Origin: Longivirga aurantiaca
GTDB taxonomy: Bacteria; Actinomycetota; Actinomycetes; S36-B12; CAIYMF01
Direction of reading: 5' to 3'
Assembly: GCF_042660085.1 (NCBI RefSeq)
Contig: NZ_JBHSTI010000003.1
Span: 1 to 32,000, forward strand
DNA: 32,000 nt
In this document: positions 24,101 to 31,072 of the stretch, in pieces
How positions within the stretch are numbered: the first letter of the stretch is position 1
How the letters are laid out: each line of letters begins with the position of its first letter
Notes under the pieces: model-generated
Databases searched by the model: none
Seen by the model: only the letters and a program-made list of their open reading frames with translations
What the model was told of the DNA's origin: nothing
Program-made: the position numbers and the translations under genes

Positions 24101-24931
24101 GTGCCGATGATGATGGCGGTGACGTTCACCCGTGCCGGTCGCCTCTACTACCTCGACGCCGGGGACGTGACGGCGAAGGTCGGCGACAAGGTGCTCTACC
24201 CGACGTCGTCCTCGCCCGAGGTGGCCGAGGTGGTGTGGGGCCCGGAGTGGGTCAGCGACGATGTCGGCGGCCTGCCCGTCTGCGCTGGCAGAGCGGGGCA
24301 GGAGGACGAGCGCCGCGACGAGACCAACAAGAAGAAGCGCGCCGAGATCCAGGTGGCGGCGCAGAAGCTCATCCGCGCGTCGAAGCTGCCGATGAAGGTG
24401 AGCGGCGTCGACTGGTCGGACGTCGGCCACGAGTCGGGCCGCGCCACCGCCACGGTCTACTTCACCGCTCCCACCCGCGTCGACTTCCGCCAGCTCGTCC
24501 GCGACCTCGCGCAGACGATCGACGCGAAGGTGGTGCTCACGCAGCTGTCGGCGCGCGACGACGCGCGCGTGCAGGGCGGGATCGGCTCGTGCGGCCGCGA
24601 CACGTGCTGCTCGACGTTCCTCGTCGACTTCGAGCCGGTCACGGTGCGCATGGCGCGCGACCAGGACCTGCCCGCCAACCCGATGAAGATCTCGGGTGCC
24701 TGCGGCCGGCTCATGTGCTGCCTGAAGTACGAGCACCCGATCTACGACGAGTTCCGCGCGACCACGCCGGCCGTCGGCACCAAGGTCGAGACGCCCGAGG
24801 GCGACGGCAAGGTCGTGGCGCACGACGTGCCGCGCGACCAGGTCGTCGTACGCCTCGAGGCGGGCGGCAAGGCCACGGTCTGCGACCGCGCCTCGGTCTG
24901 CGCGAGCCGCGCGGCCTACGACTCCCGCTGA
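24101..24931 (+). CDS. PSP1 C-terminal domain protein (RicT/YaaT-like)
   Basis: 'GRLYYLDAG...GDKVLYPT', 'AEVVWGPEW' and the Cys-rich 'GSCGRDTCCSTFL...ISGACGRLMCCLKYEH' are typical of PSP1 domains. AGGAGG lies 8 nt upstream of GTG 24101; starts at 24092 and 24107 are alternatives. Confidence 0.88.
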   Translation: MPMMMAVTFTRAGRLYYLDAGDVTAKVGDKVLYPTSSSPEVAEVVWGPEWVSDDVGGLPVCAGRAGQEDERRDETNKKKRAEIQVAAQKLIRASKLPMKVSGVDWSDVGHESGRATATVYFTAPTRVDFRQLVRDLAQTIDAKVVLTQLSARDDARVQGGIGSCGRDTCCSTFLVDFEPVTVRMARDQDLPANPMKISGACGRLMCCLKYEHPIYDEFRATTPAVGTKVETPEGDGKVVAHDVPRDQVVVRLEAGGKATVCDRASVCASRAAYDSR

Positions 24932-25068
24932 CCACCGGCTGCTCGAGCTGCTCGCGTGCCATACGGCGTCACGCGCGGTGACGTCGGCCACCCGGGACGG
25001 CCCGCCCGTGCGGGTGACGGCGGAACTCGCGGCGTCGGCGGGGCGTCCCACCTTCGGAAGATGGCAGG

Positions 25069-26694
25069 GTGGTCCTGCCCCACCGTCTGCAGTCCGGAGC
25101 CCGCGCAGTGACCTCTCGCCCGAACCGACTGTTCCCGGGCTCGCGCACCCGGCGTGTGCTCCACGGGTCGGCGGCACTCATATCGGTTGCGCTGCTCGCC
25201 GCCTGCACGCAGGCCCCGGACCCCGGCACGTCGGTCACGCCCACCACTACGCCGAGCGGCTCGTCGTCCGAGTCGCCGTCGTCGGGCGGTGACGGGCTCG
25301 CGCAGTTCTACGGCCAGAAGATCGCGTGGAAGGGCTGCGGCGGGTCGTTCCGCTGCGCCGATCTCACGGTGCCGCTCGACTACTCCCAGCCCGACGGCGA
25401 CACCCTCGCCATCGCCCTCATCAAGCTGCCCGCGGCCGACGAGGCCAACCGCATCGGCTCGCTCGTGCTCAACCCCGGCGGCCCCGGCAGCTCGGGCGTC
25501 GACTACGCGCGCGCAGCCCGCGCCGTCGTCGACGAGAAGGTGCGCGACGTCTACGACGTCGTCGGCTTCGACCCGCGAGGCGTGGGCAGGTCGGACGCCG
25601 TGAAGTGCCTGACGGACGCGCAGACCGACGCCTTCATGGCAGCCGACGCGACGCCCGACACCCCCGAGGAGGTCGCGCAGCTCGAGAAGGACTCGAAGAA
25701 GTTCGCCGACGCCTGCGCGAAGAACTCCTCGAAGCTGCTCGCCCACATCGGCACCGAGAACGCCGCCCGCGACATCGACGTGCTGCGCGCGGCGCTCGGC
25801 GACAAGCAGCTCAACTGGCTCGGCGCGTCGTACGGCACGCTGCTCGGAGCGACGTACGCCGGCCTCTTCCCGGACAAGGTCGGCCGGATGGTGCTCGACG
25901 GCGCGCTCGACCCGGCGCTGTCGAACAACGAGCTCTTGCACGGCCAGGCCAAGGGCTTCGAGCTCGCGTTGCAGCACTTCGTCGAGGACTGCGCCAAGCA
26001 AGCCGACTGCCCGCTGCCGCGCGACGAGCAGGCCGGCGTCGACCGCATCAAGCAGTTCCTCGACGACCTCGACGCGAACCCGCTCGCCACCGGCGACCCG
26101 AAGCGCCCGCTGACCCAGGCGCTCGCGGCCAACGCGATCCTCGGCTATCTCTACGTGCCGCCGTTCGACTGGGAGCAGCTGCGCTTCGGCCTGCAGCTCG
26201 CCTTCGAGGGCGACGGCTCGGTGCTGCTGTCGATGCTCGACGCGCGCGTGCAGCGGACCGAGGACGGGAAGTTCGCCTACAACCCCTACTCGTCGTTCCT
26301 GTCGATCAGCGCCGTCGACCGGCCGGACCGACCGACGACGGCGGAGTCGGCCGACATGGCCGCGATGTGGGAGAAGGAGTCGCCGGTCTTCGGCGCTTAC
26401 CTCGGCTGGGGCACCCTCGTCTTCGGCTACTGGCCGGTCGAGGCGACCGGCACGCCGGGCGAGATCACGGCGCCCGGCACCGGGCCGATCCTCGTCGTCG
26501 GCACCACGTACGACCCGGCCACGCCGTACCCCTGGGCGCAGGCCCTTGCCAAGCAGCTCGAGGGCGGTGTGCTCCTGACCCGCGTCGGCGACGGGCACAC
26601 GGCGTACGGCATGGGGTCGCCCTGCATCGACGAGGCGATCGACACCTACCTGGTGACCGGTGAGCCGCCGGCCGACGGCACCATCTGCCGCTGA
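25069..26694 (+). CDS. Secreted lipoprotein alpha/beta hydrolase of the TAP-like (tripeptidyl-aminopeptidase) family
   Basis: Signal peptide with lipobox 'SVALLAAC', a Ser/Thr/Pro linker, 'NPGGPGSSGV', the nucleophile elbow 'GASYGT', and the C-terminal TAP-like domain 'GDGHTAYG..SPCID'. GTG 25108 is an alternative start. Confidence 0.88.
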   Translation: MVLPHRLQSGARAVTSRPNRLFPGSRTRRVLHGSAALISVALLAACTQAPDPGTSVTPTTTPSGSSSESPSSGGDGLAQFYGQKIAWKGCGGSFRCADLTVPLDYSQPDGDTLAIALIKLPAADEANRIGSLVLNPGGPGSSGVDYARAARAVVDEKVRDVYDVVGFDPRGVGRSDAVKCLTDAQTDAFMAADATPDTPEEVAQLEKDSKKFADACAKNSSKLLAHIGTENAARDIDVLRAALGDKQLNWLGASYGTLLGATYAGLFPDKVGRMVLDGALDPALSNNELLHGQAKGFELALQHFVEDCAKQADCPLPRDEQAGVDRIKQFLDDLDANPLATGDPKRPLTQALAANAILGYLYVPPFDWEQLRFGLQLAFEGDGSVLLSMLDARVQRTEDGKFAYNPYSSFLSISAVDRPDRPTTAESADMAAMWEKESPVFGAYLGWGTLVFGYWPVEATGTPGEITAPGTGPILVVGTTYDPATPYPWAQALAKQLEGGVLLTRVGDGHTAYGMGSPCIDEAIDTYLVTGEPPADGTICR

Positions 26695-26816
26695 CCTGCG
26701 GTTTCGCTCCCGTTCACGGGTGCAGCGGTCGGCCGCGAACGGCGTACGGCCGATTCGGAGGCATGGCCGGGGGTCGGGTATCGTTCCGACTCGTGCTCGC
26801 CGCCTGCGGCGACCAC

Positions 26817-26893
26817 GCCGCCTTAGCTCAGTCGGTCAGAGCGACGCACTCGTAATGCGTAGGTCATCGGTTCGATTCCGATAGGCGGCTCCA
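26817..26893 (+). tRNA. tRNA-Thr (anticodon CGT), CCA encoded
   Basis: The cloverleaf can be read directly. Acceptor GCCGCCT/AGGCGGC, D arm GCTC-AGTCGGTCA-GAGC, anticodon arm ACGCA-CTCGTAA-TGCGT, T arm ATCGG-TTCGATT-CCGAT, discriminator T, then CCA. Confidence 0.95.
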
Positions 26894-26894
26894 C

Positions 26895-26927
26895 AGCGCC
26901 ACCTGCGGTGATACCGCCGGTGGCGCT
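26895..26927. terminator. Stem-loop between the tRNA 3' end and the integrase stop
   Basis: agcgccacc (26895-26903) pairs with ggtggcgct (26919-26927) and is followed by TTTC. It starts 2 nt after the tRNA CCA and ends 2 nt before the integrase stop codon (26929-26931). Confidence 0.55.
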
Positions 26928-26928
26928 T

Positions 26929-28071
26929 TCAATTGGGCTGGCTTTCCGGGTCACTCGTCCCCATCTCGTCCCCGATCATCGTGTCGAGCCTGCGAACGGC
27001 GCTGTTGAGGTGGTCGGCGGACAGCAGGTGCCCGTAGGTGTCGTGGGTGGTCCGGCTGGACTGGTGGCCGAGCAGCGACTGGACGCTCTTGAGGTCGGCG
27101 CCGGCGGCGATGAATAGCGACGCCGCCGTGTGGCGCAGGTCGTGGGGCCGGTGACCGACAGCGGTCGTCCAACCGACGGCGCGCCTCCAGTTCGACTCGC
27201 TGATCAAGCCGCCGCCGGGTGCCGAGAAGAGCGGCTCATTATGGCCCTTGCCTTCCATGCGGGCGAGCACCAGCGGCACGGCGGCGTTGGCGACGGGGAC
27301 GCTCCGGCGCCGGCGCCCCTTGGGGTACGGCTTCAGGCTGGCTTTGCCTCCGCCGTGGTCGTAGATGACGGTCCGGCTCACGTCCAGCGTCATGGTCGTC
27401 CCTCCCGTGACGGAGGTGCCGATCATGACGTCGCCGACGCGCAGCCCCGCGACCTCGCCCCAGCGAAGGCCGGTGAGGCCGAGCACCAGCGTGATGTCTG
27501 CCTGCGGGCTGCGTTCAAGCTGCTCCTGGTACAGCGCGCGGAGGGCTGTGAGCGTGAGGGGTCGTGCCCGCTGAGCCTGTTCATCTCGGCCGCGTCCGGG
27601 TGCGCGGCGGACGGTGACGTCGGAGGCGACGTTCTGGGTGATCCGGCCGTCGCGGGTGGCGAAGCTGAGCAGGGCCTTGAGCGTGGCAAGGACGCGCGTC
27701 GCCGTTGCCGGCGACAGCCGCTTGTCGCTGACCAGGGTGCGGGCGAACTCCTCGACGTCGGTGCGCCGAATGACGCCGATGGGCTTCTTGCCGAGGGTGG
27801 GCAGGATGTGGACGGCGAGTGCGCTCTGGTCGCTCTGGAAGGTTCGGCGTTCGACCTGAGGCTCGCGCACCGGCAGCCACTGCGCGGCGAGCTCGGCGAG
27901 CGTCGCCCGGCCCAGGGCGGGATCGACCCAGCCCGAGCTGTCGATGCGGGCGCGCTGCTGCCGCTCCCAGGCTTCGGCCTGGCGGCGCTGCGCGAAGGTC
28001 TGGTCGGCGACGACGCGGCCGCGGACCTTCACGCGGACGCGGTAGCGGCCCGCCTCGGTCTTGTTGATCAT
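26929..28071 (-). CDS. int: Tyrosine-type site-specific integrase
   Basis: C-terminal catalytic box 'HDLRHTAASLFIAAGADLKSVQSLLGHQSSRTTHDTYGHL' (HxxR...H...Y). N-terminal 'AGRYRVRVKVRG' arm-binding-like domain. AGGAG RBS. Convergent with and adjacent to the tRNA-Thr 3' end. Confidence 0.93.
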   Translation of the reverse strand: MINKTEAGRYRVRVKVRGRVVADQTFAQRRQAEAWERQQRARIDSSGWVDPALGRATLAELAAQWLPVREPQVERRTFQSDQSALAVHILPTLGKKPIGVIRRTDVEEFARTLVSDKRLSPATATRVLATLKALLSFATRDGRITQNVASDVTVRRAPGRGRDEQAQRARPLTLTALRALYQEQLERSPQADITLVLGLTGLRWGEVAGLRVGDVMIGTSVTGGTTMTLDVSRTVIYDHGGGKASLKPYPKGRRRRSVPVANAAVPLVLARMEGKGHNEPLFSAPGGGLISESNWRRAVGWTTAVGHRPHDLRHTAASLFIAAGADLKSVQSLLGHQSSRTTHDTYGHLLSADHLNSAVRRLDTMIGDEMGTSDPESQPN

Positions 28072-28171
28072 GGTGAGACTCCTGGAGCACGGTTTCCTCC
28101 GGTATCGCAGCCACCGCCGACAGCGGACAAGCAGTGGGCGCGCCGGCCTGTGGACGACACGCGGAGATCGC

Positions 28172-28405
28172 TCAGCGCTGGCGGTCGGCGACGCTGGGCG
28201 CAGCCTCCGTCAGCACCTCGCCGTCCAGCACCCGCCGAAGGCAGGCGGTGGGGATGCGGATGAGCTTGCCCATGCGCACGACCGGGGTGGGCCAGGCGCC
28301 GGTGCGGACAAGCTCGTAGGCCAGCCCGCGACCGATGCCCAGGACGCTTGCAGCTGTGGGGAGGTCGACGAGAGGCGGGAGCTGCGCGAGTTCGATGTGG
28401 GTCAT
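28172..28405 (-). CDS. Excisionase-family helix-turn-helix DNA-binding protein (Xis/RDF-like)
   Basis: 77 aa starting at ATG 28405, with AGGAGA 6 nt upstream. 'LVDLPTAASVLGIGRGLAYELVRTGAWPTPVVRMGKLIRIPTACLRRVL' matches the MerR-like excisionase HTH pattern. It sits directly upstream of int on the same strand. Confidence 0.8.
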   Translation of the reverse strand: MTHIELAQLPPLVDLPTAASVLGIGRGLAYELVRTGAWPTPVVRMGKLIRIPTACLRRVLDGEVLTEAAPSVADRQR

Positions 28406-28495
28406 GGGCGTCTCCTGGCGGGTGGGTGCCACCTGGCAGCGGCAGGTACCACCAGGTGCGCGTCGAGAGGCCTCGACACGCATCGGCCGCTGCCC

Positions 28496-28707
28496 GAGTC
28501 CGTCACCGAGTCCGTCACGGACTCCGTCATCAGTGGACGATGGTGCGTGACTCCGTCACCAACTCCGTCACCGACTCCGTCACGACATGGACGGTGGCGC
28601 CGGCGCTGTCATGGAGTCCGTCACCGACTCCGTCACGGCGTCAAGGGCGGTGCCGGCGCTGTCATGGAGTCCGTCACCGACTCCGTCAGTGCGTCCATGG
28701 GCTCCCG
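28496..28707 (+). repeat. Array of 12-bp direct repeats GA(C/G)TCCGTCAC(C/G) organised as four 53-bp higher-order units
   Basis: Good copies start at 28496, 28508, 28520, 28549, 28561, 28573, 28614, 28626, 28667 and 28679. Degenerate copies (ggcgctgtcatg) start at 28602 and 28655. Each unit ends with a 17-bp spacer. An inverted core copy lies at 29298-29308. Confidence 0.9.
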
Positions 28708-28822
28708 CACGTTGAGGACCCCGACTCCGGCCGCGGCATCGAGGTCGTTGCCTCGCTGTTTGATCGACGCATTCGGCTTCGCGTGTTGTCCACAGGTGGG
28801 CACGTGACGTTGACGCGGGTTC

Positions 28823-28848
28823 GTTCGCCATCGGTCACCTTGGCGAAC
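28823..28848 (+). promoter_or_regulatory. 8-bp inverted repeat immediately upstream of the RBS of ORF 28860
   Basis: gttcgcca (28823-28830) and tggcgaac (28841-28848), separated by 10 nt that contain ggtcacc. It is followed by ctGGAGG and ATG 28860. TTGACG at 28810-28815 lies upstream. Confidence 0.3.
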
Positions 28849-28859
28849 TGGAGGCCACC

Positions 28860-29222
28860 ATGGACGACGTCGACGATGCGGGAGCCCCCGCGCGGGCGGC
28901 GCTGGAGATTGCTTTGGTGGGCCTTCTGGCCGATCTGCGCCGGCACAGGCGCGACCACGTCGTGTCCCTCGGCGTCGTCGGCGCCACGGGGCGCCTGAGC
29001 GCCATCCTGCAGACTCTGAGCACGAGGACGACGGGCCACGGCGTGCGCTCCGGCGGGCCGGCCGAGCGCTTGGTGTCGGCGCGTGCCGCCGTGGCCTTCC
29101 TGGTCGACGACGCCGAAGCCTTGGGGCTGTCAGCCCACCTGCTCCTGCTGCTGGCCCGGGCGGCGCACGCTCTCTCGGAGGCCGAACGCGTGCTCCTCCC
29201 GGGCTCCTGGGAATCAAGCTGA
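28860..29222 (+). CDS. Hypothetical protein (120 aa, Ala/Leu-rich, helical)
   Basis: GGAGG lies 5 nt upstream of the ATG. The codon-position GC pattern (position 1 high, position 2 about half, position 3 highest) favours this frame over the overlapping minus-strand ORFs. I recognise no family. Confidence 0.5.
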   Translation: MDDVDDAGAPARAALEIALVGLLADLRRHRRDHVVSLGVVGATGRLSAILQTLSTRTTGHGVRSGGPAERLVSARAAVAFLVDDAEALGLSAHLLLLLARAAHALSEAERVLLPGSWESS

Positions 29223-29519
29223 CCGGCGAGTGGACCACCCGACCGCTGGCGCCGGGGTATCCAGATACCAGTGTGTGCGGCGTTCTAGGTCTTGCCCGTG
29301 ACGGAGTCGGCGGCCGTCATCGTTCGCCTTGTGGCTCGGCTCCTGACGCCCGCAAGGCGCACCGCAACTGCACGAGGGGCCAGTTGACCGCACCGCTCGA
29401 GCCGTGCCGGGTTGTGACATCTGCTGCGGCATGGTTTGGGCGCCAGAGTGCCTGCTGTGGCTGCGGAATCGGGCCGCGACGGCCGAATGCTCCTTGGAGC
29501 CAGAGGAGTGGACGCTGCC

Positions 29520-29740
29520 GATCTTGATCGTTTCACCGTGGTGGTGAGAATGGGTGGGTCACTCGGCGACGTCGTAAAGACTCTGGTGCGGCTGAGCCCG
29601 TAGAACAGTGCGGTGCGGGGTGCCCGGGTCGCCGGATTGCTGCCGTTGAGCGCGTGGGTCTGTCTCCCGTCCAGAGCTCCCTCCGGGTGGCGCCGTGGCG
29701 CCGGTGCAGTGCCGGGGCCATGAGGGTGCGGAGGCGCGTG
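29520..29740 (+). ncRNA. Putative IS110-type bridge (guide) RNA region in the left end
   Basis: Position and length match the non-coding left end of IS110-group elements. Alignment with copy 2 (31073-31276) shows conserved blocks (gatcttgatcgtt, tgagaatgg.tggg, ctcggcgacg, actctggtgc, gagcccg.agaa, cggtgcgggg, cgtgggtctgt, tccctccgggtggcg) alternating with non-conserved blocks. I did not compute a fold. Confidence 0.4.
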
Positions 29741-30829
29741 ATGGATGTCGTCTTCGATCGGGTGGCGGGGCTCGATATCGGGAAGAAGCTGGTGGTGGTG
29801 TGCGTGCGCACACCGGGGGAGCGGGGGCGGCGGGTCTCGCAGATCCGCACGTTCCGCACGATGACCCGCCACGTCGAGGTGCTGGGCGAGTGGCTGGTCG
29901 AGGAGGGTGTGCAGGTCGCGGCGATGGAGTCGACCGCCACCTACTGGAAGCCGGTGTTCTACGGCTTGGAGGACCGGGTGGAGTGCTGGCTACTCAACGC
30001 GGCTCACATGAAGGCGGTGCCGGGCCGCAAGACCGACGTGCGTGACGCGGAGTGGATCGCGCAGTTGGTCGAGCACGGGCTGGTGCGGCCCTCGTTCGTG
30101 CCTCCGCCGTCGGTGCGCCGGCGGCGGAACCTGACCCGCTACCGGGTGCAGCTGATGGGTGACCGGACCCGGCATGCGGGCAGGCTGGAGAAGCTGCTCG
30201 AGGATGCCTCGATCAAGCTGTCGTCGGTGGCCTCGAACATCACCGTGACCTCCTCGCGGGAGATGCTGGCCGCGCTGGTGGCCGGTGACCGGGACCCTTC
30301 GGTGATGGCCGACATGGCGCACTCCTCGCTGCGCCGCAAGATCCCTGACCTGACCGAGGCGCTGATCGGCCGGTTCGACGATCACCACGCGCTGCTGGTG
30401 GGGGCGATGCTGCGTGAGCTCGACCTGGTCGATGAGGCGCTGGTCCGGCTCGATGCGCAGATCGAGGCGGAGATGACGCCGTGGGCCCACGAGCTCGATC
30501 TGCTGCGCACGATCCCCGGGATCGGTCCGGTGGTGTCCCAGGCGTTCATCGCCGAGACCGGCGGGGACATGTCCCGGTTCGGGTCGCCGGAGTCGCTGGC
30601 GGCGTGGGTCGGTGTCGCACCTGCGGTGCACGAGTCCGCCGGCAAGCGCACACCCGCCGGCTCGCGGCGGGGCAACAAGTGGCTGACCGCGGCGCTGGTC
30701 GAGGGTGCGCACTCCGCAGCGCAGTCCAACGGGACCTACCTCGCCGCTCAGTACGCGCGCCTGGCCTCGCGTCGCAGCGGCAAGCGCGCTGCGGTGGCGG
30801 TCGCGCACTCCATGCTCGTCTCGGCCTAG
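29741..30829 (+). CDS. IS110-family transposase, truncated by an in-frame TAG (homologous frame continues to 30970)
   Basis: N-terminal DEDD domain (VAGLDIGKK, MESTATYWKP, KTDVRDAEWIAQL). C-terminal domain has 'IPGIGPVVSQAFIAETG' and 'HESAGKRTPAGSRRGNKWL'. After TAG 30827-30829 the same frame encodes WMLVRDEPYQDLGPDW...LERLGHTVVLDPVA*, the usual family C-terminus. Confidence 0.9.
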   Translation: MDVVFDRVAGLDIGKKLVVVCVRTPGERGRRVSQIRTFRTMTRHVEVLGEWLVEEGVQVAAMESTATYWKPVFYGLEDRVECWLLNAAHMKAVPGRKTDVRDAEWIAQLVEHGLVRPSFVPPPSVRRRRNLTRYRVQLMGDRTRHAGRLEKLLEDASIKLSSVASNITVTSSREMLAALVAGDRDPSVMADMAHSSLRRKIPDLTEALIGRFDDHHALLVGAMLRELDLVDEALVRLDAQIEAEMTPWAHELDLLRTIPGIGPVVSQAFIAETGGDMSRFGSPESLAAWVGVAPAVHESAGKRTPAGSRRGNKWLTAALVEGAHSAAQSNGTYLAAQYARLASRRSGKRAAVAVAHSMLVSA

Positions 30830-31072
30830 TGGATGCTGGTCCGTGACGAGCCCTACCAGGACCTCGGCCCTGACTGGTTGTCCAAGCGCAACGACCAGGC
30901 GCACACCCGACGCCTGGTCGCGCAGCTCGAGCGGCTCGGCCACACCGTCGTCCTGGACCCCGTCGCCTAACACCTACGACCGCCGGAAACCGTTCCGGGC
31001 CAGTTCATCCGGGCTGCGCCCGGATGCTGTCGCGCCCTGGTGCACTTCATTCTCGGGTCAGTCCGCGCTGGC

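Larger units (their letters stand above)
29520..31072 (+). mobile_element. IS110-family insertion sequence, copy 1 (about 1.55 kb; right boundary uncertain)
   Basis: A ~220-bp 5' non-coding end starts gatcttgatcg and is conserved in blocks with copy 2, followed by a DEDD-type transposase. The 3' end carries two hairpins (30983-30998 and 31006-31026). No terminal inverted repeats, as expected for IS110. Confidence 0.8.

Noticed and set aside
23141-26598. Minus-strand ORFs 23141-25177 (678 aa) and 24916-26598 (560 aa)
   Set aside because: They are antisense to the alpha/beta hydrolase, PSP1 and TAP-like genes, all of which have clear motifs. The translations are Arg/Asp/Val/Gly-rich shadows.
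28496-28707. CRISPR array
   Set aside because: The repeats are only 12 bp and mostly abut one another. The 17-bp spacers are related to each other rather than unique, and no cas genes are nearby.
28633-29238. Minus-strand ORFs (201 aa and 117 aa) overlapping ORF 28860-29222
   Set aside because: The translations are Arg/Pro/Gly-rich. The codon-position GC pattern favours the plus-strand 120-aa frame, which also has a GGAGG RBS.
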